A program made the translations under genes and the position numbers. The notes beneath the pieces were generated by a model, which saw only the letters and a list, made by a program, of their open reading frames with translations, did no database searches and had not been told where the DNA came from. Shown one piece after another: positions 54,913 to 63,524 of a DNA stretch of 64,000 nucleotides. Source of the stretch: Candidatus Poribacteria bacterium (GTDB lineage Bacteria > Poribacteria > WGA-4E > WGA-3G); the NCBI GenBank assembly GCA_965242965.1, contig OZ251518.1, positions 96,001 to 160,000 of the forward strand. The letters run 5' to 3'. Within the stretch, counting starts at the first letter, position 1; every line of letters begins with the position of its first letter.

Positions 54913-55446
54913 CTAGGACGTTGCTTGCAAGGAGGGACTCATTCTAAAATTGAAGATTGCGGCAAATCTACGGAAATTGGGGAGGCCCTCAGCCGCCTCA
55001 AAATACGCAAAACTCAAGTTTTGGAAATCCTCAGTAAAACAGATAAAAAGAAGCCGATTATGTTGCCAACTAGGCAATCGGACATCGCGGTTGTGGCTGT
55101 CCACAAGACCTTGCAGCACACGACGCATTACGGTAGTAGTGGATTCAAGGTCAACATCATTATGAAATTGGAGAAAGAAAACGCCCCATGGTTCACGGCT
55201 CCCGAAAAATGTCAGGGAATCTAAAGGTCGCAGTTGCCAACACCCAATGATTCGTTCTTGGGTATCAGGGTTAAGGTTAAGGTACTCGGCTGACCAATGA
55301 TAGGTAACGTCATTAAATTCCACCAAGTCGTCAGGAATAGGCCAACAAAGAGCCTCCCGTAAAAAGACTATTAAGGAATCAAAGTTCCGAATGTTTCGGA
55401 GAGCACTTGAAATTTCCATTACGTTTGGTTCCGATGCGGTAAGCAC
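54913..55446 (-). pseudogene. Probable truncated N-terminus of a type IIG R-M/methyltransferase gene (or short hypothetical CDS)
   Basis: IRNFDSLI.FLRE.L.WPI..WGVFFLQF..RRVL.GLV..W..LLFI resembles the start of large MTases that follow PLD-helicases; no MTase motifs follow. Confidence 0.45.
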
Positions 55447-55467
55447 GTTTTACGACATGCCTAAGGA

Positions 55468-58400
55468 TTAGGAAACCTCCAACCATGCGATGAGTTTCAA
55501 TTTTGTTCCAAGTGGAGCTTGGATACTTAGTAAATAGGTTCTTTCAATGTAGCGCTCAATTTGCCGCCGTGCTTTTTTAACAACTTGCTGTCCGCTTACG
55601 GCATAGCGGGACGCGTTATCGCCGCATCGAACTTCGGGCCAAATGCCTTCAAGATCTGTAACGACTTCATCCGTATCAGAGTTGTAGAAATACCAGCGGA
55701 TTTCCCCACTTTCTGGCATTTCATAGCAACAGAAAACTCCCCTCGCCCTAGCACGATTCAGGGATATCTGTTCACCGTTCCGGTCGACAAGTAGCGGAGG
55801 TTCCTCAGAGGCACGTTTGCCTGAGAAAATACGTAGAGGTAAATCCTCCAATCGTCTCCACAGGCTCGGCTTCGCTTCAGCAATGCGTTGCCGTTCAAGA
55901 TTCATGAGTTCTTCAACGCTTTCCGTTCCCTCATATCGCTCATTGAAGAGCTGGAGAGTTTGATCTGCATCATCAGGGGAAACAAACTGTCCTTCAATAC
56001 CGAGGGTTCGATTGATGCGAAGAATTTTTCCATCAACGCGTCTTCGGATCTTAATGAGATCTTCAAGTTCCTGAGGTGGAAGGAAGTTCCAAACATGAAC
56101 TTCTGGATCCGTGCGATTGAGTTGAACTTCAATATCGGGGTTAAGCCGTCTATCAAGCCTACCAATCCGTTGCATAAGTCGGACAGGGTTCCAATGCAAA
56201 TCGTAATTAATAACCCGTGAGGCATCCTGCAGGTTCAGCCCTTCGGCAAGGACATCGGTTGTAATCAGGATGCGAATCGGCCTAGCAGGTGGTGCGCTCT
56301 CTCCGTTGTAGTAAGGGGAAAAGCGTTTGACGACATCTTCACGGTTGACTTTCCGCTGACTATCAATTTGCTCAACGTGATGGAACCCGAAGTTTCGTAA
56401 CTGGCTATAGAGGTAGCGGGCGGTATCCGAAAATTCGGTGAAAACGATGAACTTCTCATCCGGATCTTCTTTCAACAGACCTAGGAGTTGGCGCAACTTA
56501 TCGTCCTTCGCTGCATCCGGTTCCTGCGCGAACTGGTCCGCGTAGAATCGACAATAAATTCCGCTGAGGAGTCGAGTCAAAAACTCCATATCCTTTACAA
56601 CATCATCCAAGAAATTATCCAGATTATGTTCGCTAGAATCGAAGTCTTTTAGAGTTCCGACAGAAACGATGTCGTTTTCCTCTTCGTCCGGATTTCGTTC
56701 AATTTGCCTTTGCAAATTTTCCGGACCTACCACAGGTTGGCTACCTTCATCACCGTCTTCACGTAGACGTTCTGATACGTGGTCTTGCACAACCTGCCAC
56801 CAGCGGCGGTTGGTAACGGCCCATTCGTCAAAACGTTCAGGCGCGTATCTTCTGAGCGATGCTGCCATCTTGACAAGCAACTTTTCGACACTTACCTCAA
56901 AGGATTTCCACGAACTTTCTAACCGTTTGAGCAAGAGCGTCCGGATGAGCCCGATGACCTGGGTTTGGCGGTGTTCCATCTGTCTTTCGGGGTTTCTATG
57001 ATACTTAGCCGTATTATAAACGGCCAAGGTAAGAAAAGGATCTTGCCTGTTGAAAGCGATTTGGAGTTCCTGATAAAGGTTAGCATACACCTCACGAAGC
57101 GAATATTCTACAATAGGGTAGATAGTGCGAGCCGGAAAGAGAATTTCTCGCCCTGCCCGTTCTTCTGCATCCTTAATATATTTGCGACTGCGCTGAACGA
57201 GGACATGCTTAAGAACCGGGTCTTGGCGAATCAGGTCATCCTCGCCGAATGAATGGAAATGTTCTTCAACATCAGCCTCGCTGCCAATCTGCCTTTCAAG
57301 CTCACGAAAATGGCGACGGAAATCGTGAATTCCGATTTGAGCGAAGTGCTTCCCCTTCTGCTGTGCAAAATAGTTAATCAAATGGGAGATATCCTCAATG
57401 GAATTATTGATCGGTGTTGCCGTGAGCAGATAGAGTTTCTTCGATTTAGCGAGAGCCATCAAAGCCCTACCGCGGTTTGACCCAGGGTTGCGAAAGTGGT
57501 GAGCTTCATCAATGATGATAACATCCTTGTGTTCCCGCAAGTACTCAAACTCTTGCTCATTAATTCCACCCTCTCGGCCAAGATCTGTATGGCGTTTGAT
57601 GTCGTAGAGTTCACGGTAGCGACGGCCGTATTTGGCCCTAAGATACTGAGGAACAAGGGGTTCCCATACGCTCTCAGCGACGGATTTAGGAGCAATGAGT
57701 AGGACACGCTTGTCGTCCCTCAGCGAACGTTCAAGCAACATCAAGCCGATATAGGTTTTTCCACTACCGACTCCATCACAAATCAAAGACCCATTCCATT
57801 TTTCGGCTATCTGTAGTGCTCGGTGGTAGCCATCCTTTTGGTACTGCGAAAGCATACGGTAGATAACAGATTCGTTTTCTTCCCATTCGTCCGCTGGTTT
57901 TTCACGTCCAGCGAAATAGGAATGAAGTGCTTTTGCGTAAACGGTAAATGGACGGTATCTTCTGAGGTGTGGTTCAATGACTCTGAGAATTTCAGGTTGA
58001 ACATCCGATGCTTCATCCCACCAATTTTCGTACGAGTCCTGAAGGTGCGCAATTTGCGTTGAATCCTGAAGGAATAAATTGGACTCAACATTCTTGGCGA
58101 GTCCCGCTGGAGTGAAGTTTGAACTGCCGTGAATAGCAAAGGGTCCTAAACTCTGATTGTGCGAACGCATCAGAGTAAAATTGGCATGAAACCCATTATA
58201 GACCCGGATCTGTATGCTGCCGCTGCTAATAGCTTTCCTCACAGAAGCGAGATGCTCAAGAGTCAGAAAATCGTTCTTCTCCTTTTCGGACTCTAGGTTA
58301 TCGCGGGTAACCTGCTGCAAAGCCTCTATCAGCTGCTCTTTTGTACGCCCCGTAGTTTCATTGCCTATGAGGATACGAACAGCACCGAGGTGTTGCCACG

Positions 58401-58539
58401 TTTTCGCAAGCAATAGAAACGCCCCAATCTCAAAAGTTCCTGTAGCAACATCCAATTCGTTGCTTTTTGGGAGAAGAGTTTTAAGGGCAGCGAGAACAGT
58501 ATTCCCATCTACGTTGTTAATCTGGAAAGGTATTTGCAT
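55468..58539 (-). CDS. PLD-domain SNF2/DEAH helicase (R-M/DISARM-type)
   Basis: DVATG.F, GSSNFT, DGVGSGKT, IDEAH, LTATP.NN, VFTEF.DTA, TDVLAEGLNLQ, NYDLHWNP.RL.QRIGRLDR; start MQIPF. Confidence 0.9.
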   Translation of the reverse strand: MQIPFQINNVDGNTVLAALKTLLPKSNELDVATGTFEIGAFLLLAKTWQHLGAVRILIGNETTGRTKEQLIEALQQVTRDNLESEKEKNDFLTLEHLASVRKAISSGSIQIRVYNGFHANFTLMRSHNQSLGPFAIHGSSNFTPAGLAKNVESNLFLQDSTQIAHLQDSYENWWDEASDVQPEILRVIEPHLRRYRPFTVYAKALHSYFAGREKPADEWEENESVIYRMLSQYQKDGYHRALQIAEKWNGSLICDGVGSGKTYIGLMLLERSLRDDKRVLLIAPKSVAESVWEPLVPQYLRAKYGRRYRELYDIKRHTDLGREGGINEQEFEYLREHKDVIIIDEAHHFRNPGSNRGRALMALAKSKKLYLLTATPINNSIEDISHLINYFAQQKGKHFAQIGIHDFRRHFRELERQIGSEADVEEHFHSFGEDDLIRQDPVLKHVLVQRSRKYIKDAEERAGREILFPARTIYPIVEYSLREVYANLYQELQIAFNRQDPFLTLAVYNTAKYHRNPERQMEHRQTQVIGLIRTLLLKRLESSWKSFEVSVEKLLVKMAASLRRYAPERFDEWAVTNRRWWQVVQDHVSERLREDGDEGSQPVVGPENLQRQIERNPDEEENDIVSVGTLKDFDSSEHNLDNFLDDVVKDMEFLTRLLSGIYCRFYADQFAQEPDAAKDDKLRQLLGLLKEDPDEKFIVFTEFSDTARYLYSQLRNFGFHHVEQIDSQRKVNREDVVKRFSPYYNGESAPPARPIRILITTDVLAEGLNLQDASRVINYDLHWNPVRLMQRIGRLDRRLNPDIEVQLNRTDPEVHVWNFLPPQELEDLIKIRRRVDGKILRINRTLGIEGQFVSPDDADQTLQLFNERYEGTESVEELMNLERQRIAEAKPSLWRRLEDLPLRIFSGKRASEEPPLLVDRNGEQISLNRARARGVFCCYEMPESGEIRWYFYNSDTDEVVTDLEGIWPEVRCGDNASRYAVSGQQVVKKARRQIERYIERTYLLSIQAPLGTKLKLIAWLEVS

Positions 58540-58639
58540 ATTAACCCCATAGTTTGGACAATTTGCATCAAAGGATTCGCGTTGAGCTATCCAAGTGACA
58601 GCGGCGTATATTGCGAATTTCGTCTCTTTCAAGGATATG

Positions 58640-58662
58640 AAAAAACTCATCACGTAATGAGT
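58640..58662 (-). terminator. Putative intrinsic terminator upstream of helicase
   Basis: GACTCATTACGTGATGAG followed by TTTTTT. Confidence 0.45.
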
Positions 58663-58876
58663 CCCTAAAGGCTGACATGAGACGAATGAACTCCTACGGA
58701 GTTGCAGCACTGAATCGCAAGTTTCCAGCCCACAAGTTAACTGCCTCCGCTTCTGAGTTCCGGGTTGTGACGCGATGGAAAACGGCGCGTCATCTCTTAA
58801 CGAACGCGATAGCCCGAGTGCCGCCCTTCCGTGGCGACCGTTCACGAACCAGCGCGCAATTGATAACGTATTAGAT

Positions 58877-58985
58877 AGGATACCATAAAAACGCAAAATT
58901 GGCAACCCAACGACAAACGTTTGCCGAAATTTCGTTAATACGCCATCAACATCTTTATTCTACCAAAAATTGCAATGTGTGTCAA
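58877..58985 (-). promoter_or_regulatory. Two tandem sigma-70-like promoters
   Basis: TTGACA-17-TAGAAT (58985-58957) and TTGCCA-17-TATCCT (58905-58877), both with TG extension. Confidence 0.45.
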
Positions 58986-59125
58986 CCTTTTTCTCGCAGA
59001 AATCAGAGCGATTCAATTCTCCCCTTCTGTCGTTTGGCCCCGGTCGAGCCCGAACAGGTAAAGATCAGGCGATCTTTACCTACAGAGAGCGGGATTGACT
59101 CAAATTGCCCAAACTTTAGTAGAAA

Positions 59126-59197
59126 AGCCGATGAGAGGATTTGAACCTCCGACCTACTGATTACGAATCAGTTGCTCTTCCACTGAGCTACACCGGC
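59126..59197 (-). tRNA. tRNA-Thr(CGT)
   Basis: GCCGGTGTAGCTCAGTGGAAGAGCAACTGATTCGTAATCAGTAGGTCGGAGGTTCAAATCCTCTCATCGGCT; CCA not encoded. Confidence 0.96.
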
Positions 59198-59203
59198 GAA
59201 AAA

Positions 59204-59276
59204 TGCCGAGAGGCAGAATCGAACTGCCGACACGTGGATTTTCAGTCCACTGCTCTACCGACTGAGCTATCTCGGC
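59204..59276 (-). tRNA. tRNA-Phe(GAA)
   Basis: GCCGAGATAGCTCAGTCGGTAGAGCAGTGGACTGAAAATCCACGTGTCGGCAGTTCGATTCTGCCTCTCGGCA. Confidence 0.97.
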
Positions 59277-59288
59277 GTGGTATTATAT

Positions 59289-59317
59289 ATGATACCACAT
59301 TTTAAACGATTTGTCAA
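59289..59317 (-). promoter_or_regulatory. Sigma-70 promoter of tRNA operon
   Basis: TTGACA-17 nt-TATCAT with TG extension and AT-rich UP region. Confidence 0.75.
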
Positions 59318-59359
59318 GTTTTTATTCAAAAAAAATGACTTTTTGCGCGATTTCTCGGT

Positions 59360-60409
59360 TTATTCAGGCCAAATGCCAATTTCCTGATAAAAACGCATCG
59401 CACCCGGATGGAACGGCGTGCCTACGTCTTTGACGACATTTTTCGCATTAATTGCCTTGCCCGCGCCGTGCCGTTTGACCACTTCCGCGCCGTTTGTATA
59501 CAGCGTTTTTGTAAATCGATAAACCATCGCCTCATCTGTATTCTCGGCGGTGATGAGGTGCATTGAACCGACGTTCATCGTCGGGAAAGGTGCATCCTGT
59601 CCCGAATAGGTATCCGCCGGGACGGTTATAGCGTGGAAGAAGGGATAGTCGTTGAAGAGGGCCGCCTTCGCTGCTTCGTCAAACGGTATGAAAAAGAGCT
59701 CTTGCGCCGCGGCGGCGCGAATTACTGCCGGGGTGGGAATCGCGCCGCCCATGAACGCTGCGGCGGCGGAGCCATCGGCGAGCAGATCTACGGCACCCAT
59801 ATAGGTGCTGTTAATCGGCGTGAAGTCTTCGTAAGTGATACCGTGCGCCGCCAAAATGGGCTCCAAAAAATACTCAAAGCCGGCACCTGCCGGTCCGACG
59901 ACGACACGCTTTCCTTTCAGATTCGCAAATGTCTGGATGCCAGAAGACTGCGGCGCGATAAACAGCCCGACATTCGGCGCGAGTGTCATGACAGCGCGGA
60001 TGTTGTATTGCTTTTCCCACGCGCCTTCGCCGCGCACAGCGAAATAGGAAATCGCAGCATTCGCAAGCGCGAATTCCAAATCGCCACTCGCAAGGCGGCG
60101 GATGTTTTCTTGGGTGCCTTTGGTGGCTTCAGCGGTGACTTCCCAGTTTTTTTCGGTGATATTGCCGCCGACAGCCTCTGCAATTGCAGTGCCGACTGGG
60201 AAGAACGCGCCGCCGACCGGGGCGGTTCCGATGCTGATAAAGCGGCGTTTCGGTGCAGCTTTCTCTGTTTCTTGTGCAGTCTTACCTTGTTTTGAGGCGT
60301 TGTCGCACCCCAATCCGATACTCAAGGCACAGATGAGGCATGTGACAAATAACGGGTTCAGGCGGACTCGTTCTAAAAGCGGGCGCGCTATAATAGATAA
60401 GATTTTCAT
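59360..60409 (-). CDS. TAXI family TRAP transporter solute-binding protein
   Basis: IGTAPVGG.FF, EATKGTQEN, LKGKRV.VG..G.G, PFHPGA.RFY.E. Confidence 0.92.
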   Translation of the reverse strand: MKILSIIARPLLERVRLNPLFVTCLICALSIGLGCDNASKQGKTAQETEKAAPKRRFISIGTAPVGGAFFPVGTAIAEAVGGNITEKNWEVTAEATKGTQENIRRLASGDLEFALANAAISYFAVRGEGAWEKQYNIRAVMTLAPNVGLFIAPQSSGIQTFANLKGKRVVVGPAGAGFEYFLEPILAAHGITYEDFTPINSTYMGAVDLLADGSAAAAFMGGAIPTPAVIRAAAAQELFFIPFDEAAKAALFNDYPFFHAITVPADTYSGQDAPFPTMNVGSMHLITAENTDEAMVYRFTKTLYTNGAEVVKRHGAGKAINAKNVVKDVGTPFHPGAMRFYQEIGIWPE

Positions 60410-60463
60410 GAAGGTGTTCTCCTTACACTGAACGATTTTTGTAGGCGTGCTTTGAAAGCGCGT

Positions 60464-61771
60464 CTACTGGGATTGAGGTGAATCGGCGAAGAGCGGCACT
60501 TCAGCTGGCAAATCACACATCCGTGCCATATCGGGGAAAATGTGCGTGACATCTTTCCTAAAAACATCGCCGCTCAGAATATCAATGATGCCGCCTTGAT
60601 GCTCCGGGTGTTCGGATAAGAACCGCGCGAAACTGAATTCCTTCGTGTAAAACGCGTAGACCAGCTTCCGAAACGCCTCCATACCCTTGACGAACGTCGG
60701 CCCGAAGCTCCCCAGTTGCGCCGCGGAAAAATCGTTCTTTTGGAACGCTTCCACGATGACATCGGCGGCCATTTCTCCTGATTTGAGCGCAAGAAAGAGG
60801 CCCGTTGAGTAAACCGGGTCCAGGAAACCGAACGCGTCACCTACTAATACCCAGCCGTTGCCAGCGATGCGGTTTGCGCGATACGAAAAGTCCTTCGTCG
60901 TCTTAATTGGGAACAGTTGTTTCGCGCCGGCGAGTCGCTTCTTCAAGGCGCGGCATTTTGATAATTCTTCGTCAAAGATTCGCTGCGCGTCCAATTTACC
61001 GTTGGCATCCCGGCGATTTTGGAGGAGATAGTCTAGTTCGCCGACAACGCCAATGCTGGTGCGATTGTAGGGTAACGGGATAGACCAGAACCACGAATCC
61101 TTGGTTTCGGTGTGCATGATGAGCGTCGCGCCTTCGTCAATGCCTTCGTCTCGGTGCGCGCCTTCAAAATGCGTGAAAAGCGATGCCATTTTCAGGTTCG
61201 GTTCTGTCGCGTTCATGTCCAGTTGCCTGCCGATGAGGGAACTCTGTCCGGTGGAATCGACAATGACGGTGGAATGAATAGTCTCCGTTTCCGTAGCGCG
61301 AGGGCCTGTCCCTCGCGTTCCAGAGTTTTGAACCACAACCCCCACGGCCGCGCCATCCTCAAAAAGCACCTTGCGCACACGGGTGCCGCGGCGGACTTCT
61401 ACGCCTTTTTCGGCTGCATTTTCCAGAAGCCCCTGGTCAAATTCACTCCGCAGCACCTGCCATGTGACAGCACTTTCGTGCGGGTTCGTCTGAAAGAAAT
61501 AGAACGGTTTGGCGGCTTTCCCGGAACGTGAATAGAACTGCACGCTGAATTTCTGTGGGAAGTGACTTTTCTGGAGTTTTTCAAGCATGCCGAGCCGCTT
61601 GAACGTCCAATAAGTCGCAGGAATCAGGGATTCGCCGATTTTAAAACTGGGTTCGGTTTCGCGTTCAAGGAGCAGCACTCGGTATCCGTGTTGTGCTGTG
61701 AGTGCGGCGACGGTGCTTCCGGCGGGCCCGCCGCCGATAACAGTGATGTCGTAATGTTTCGGTTTTTGCAT
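60464..61771 (-). CDS. Flavin-dependent halogenase-like oxidoreductase with in-frame REP insertion
   Basis: GGGPAG, IGESL, F.QK, WQV.RSEFD, WFWSIP, GDAFGFLDP.YSTG. Confidence 0.85.
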   Translation of the reverse strand: MQKPKHYDITVIGGGPAGSTVAALTAQHGYRVLLLERETEPSFKIGESLIPATYWTFKRLGMLEKLQKSHFPQKFSVQFYSRSGKAAKPFYFFQTNPHESAVTWQVLRSEFDQGLLENAAEKGVEVRRGTRVRKVLFEDGAAVGVVVQNSGTRGTGPRATETETIHSTVIVDSTGQSSLIGRQLDMNATEPNLKMASLFTHFEGAHRDEGIDEGATLIMHTETKDSWFWSIPLPYNRTSIGVVGELDYLLQNRRDANGKLDAQRIFDEELSKCRALKKRLAGAKQLFPIKTTKDFSYRANRIAGNGWVLVGDAFGFLDPVYSTGLFLALKSGEMAADVIVEAFQKNDFSAAQLGSFGPTFVKGMEAFRKLVYAFYTKEFSFARFLSEHPEHQGGIIDILSGDVFRKDVTHIFPDMARMCDLPAEVPLFADSPQSQ

Positions 61772-61805
61772 TTGAACACCATCAATTTGTGTAAGCCCGA
61801 AATGC

Positions 61806-62300
61806 CTATTTGATATTGAGAGCCTTTGCGAGATTCCCTTCATAACTGCATCGCGTTGTCTGAATCGGCAATTTCGCGCCGCGGAAATTCACCGAAGAAC
61901 GTTTCAGTTTCTCGTTCTGTCTGCTTTGAACCCTCTTGCTGCCATGGATAAGGACAGGGATACAATCCGTTTTGACATTCCTCGGCACCAACCGATTGAC
62001 AATGTGTGCTCCTTCTTGCAATTGCCTGACGACTTCCGATGCGTCAACGTCGCCTTGCTTGAGTTCCATTGGCACAGCCACGAGAGTGTCTTGGCGAGTG
62101 TAAAAGAGGATAAAATCGCATTGCGCTTTCACCGCTCTATCCGTTGGGAAGGCAAGATCGACATCTAATACCACTCGCTCGCGCGGGAGGTTCGCGAGCG
62201 AAACACGGCACCCGTTTCGCGTGTAAGAGGTAGCTACCCTTTCGCCTATCCACCGGCGAATCTGGTTAAGCGCGTCACGCGGATTCACGTTTGCTACCAC
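61806..62300 (-). CDS. Hypothetical protein with PD-(D/E)XK-like motif, partner of AAA ATPase
   Basis: CDFILF..ELK....QL; overlaps ATPase 3' end. Confidence 0.65.
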   Translation of the reverse strand: MVANVNPRDALNQIRRWIGERVATSYTRNGCRVSLANLPRERVVLDVDLAFPTDRAVKAQCDFILFYTRQDTLVAVPMELKQGDVDASEVVRQLQEGAHIVNRLVPRNVKTDCIPVLIHGSKRVQSRQNEKLKRSSVNFRGAKLPIQTTRCSYEGNLAKALNIK

Positions 62301-63507
62301 CTTCCCCGTTTTCCACCCGGGCTTGGAGATTCACCATACGATTATACTGTGTTTCCGCAACGTCCCCGTAGTCTACTGGGTAGACACCTCCCCATACCTC
62401 AAACGGAATTTCCGTAACAGGTGTATCTTTTTGGAATTGCCATGCGCCCACTTCCGAGGGCATCAGCCAACTCGCAGGGGTATCATCTGTCTTGGCAAGT
62501 AGCCCTTCAAGCATCAGACAACTTAATTCCTCAAGCAGCCAATCGCTGTGTGTCGTCGCGATGACTTTCACGCCAGCACGGACGAGGCGCGCGAGCGTAA
62601 CTGCCAGGTCTGCCTGGGATTGCGGATGCAGGTGCGCCTCCGGTTCCTCAATAACGAGCAGATCCCCCGGGGCAAGCCCTCGTCGGAGAAAAAGGACTAA
62701 CGGCGCGAGCTCGGATACCATTGCCGAGGCATGGCTCAATCGCATCTCTTCTTCCACGCCTTGCGGACGATAACGGAAATCGGGATACCCAGTCGGCGAA
62801 AGCCGCGCGAGAATCTTTCCACCGAGGATATCAGTCTCTAACGCATCGGCGATTGCGTTCATGTCGCCGTTGCTCATCTTTTTGTCCGGCCGGTAAAGGA
62901 TAAGACGCTGTAGGAATTCTGCCATGCCTGCCGAAAATGTTGACACTTCCGAGAAACGTCCGCCGCGAGTAGCACGCCCAATCAGCGAACTGGCGATGAG
63001 CCCATGCTGCTGAATCAGGCCACTGCGAATTGCTGGTAGATAACACCGTTGCCCGCTAAAATAGGGGGAGAGGGGCTCTGCGCTTCTTCCCTCTTTTTTA
63101 TTCTCGGAAAGTTCCCGCGTGAGTGACCACTCTGATGCCGAGGCAGTCAACTTGAGACTCCAGTCGTCCTTATCATCTTCTGAACGTGCCTGCAGCGAAA
63201 CCACCATTTCCGAAGAAAGTTTTTCCGCATTCAATCGCCGCAATGCCGAAACGGAAGGCAGATCGAAGCAATTTTTCAGTTCTGCTTGTAATGCATCCCG
63301 GAGCGTGTCTTCAGGCGAGCGCGCCTCCAATTCCGCAAATACGCCTTGCAAGGCATATACCAACGTTGAGAACCAGGTCTTCCCGGTGTTGCTCGCACCG
63401 ACGCACACCGTCAGCGGCCGTAAATCAATGACGGCTTCTGTAATCGGACCGAGGTTGCGGACAGCGATTTCAACTTTTGGATGCTGTTGTGTGTCCATAG
63501 CACTCAT
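62275..63507 (-). CDS. AAA_15/AAA_21-type ATPase
   Basis: NLGPI, GASNTGKT, YLPA.RSG, IEEPEAHLHP, TTHS. Confidence 0.88.
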   Translation of the reverse strand: MSAMDTQQHPKVEIAVRNLGPITEAVIDLRPLTVCVGASNTGKTWFSTLVYALQGVFAELEARSPEDTLRDALQAELKNCFDLPSVSALRRLNAEKLSSEMVVSLQARSEDDKDDWSLKLTASASEWSLTRELSENKKEGRSAEPLSPYFSGQRCYLPAIRSGLIQQHGLIASSLIGRATRGGRFSEVSTFSAGMAEFLQRLILYRPDKKMSNGDMNAIADALETDILGGKILARLSPTGYPDFRYRPQGVEEEMRLSHASAMVSELAPLVLFLRRGLAPGDLLVIEEPEAHLHPQSQADLAVTLARLVRAGVKVIATTHSDWLLEELSCLMLEGLLAKTDDTPASWLMPSEVGAWQFQKDTPVTEIPFEVWGGVYPVDYGDVAETQYNRMVNLQARVENGEGGSKRESA

Positions 63508-63524
63508 TTTTATCCTCCCAGTTC

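Noticed and set aside
52100-59126. Integrative element with attL/attR at tRNA-Thr
   Set aside because: I found no duplicate of the tRNA 3' end and no integrase, so only a tRNA-adjacent island is claimed.
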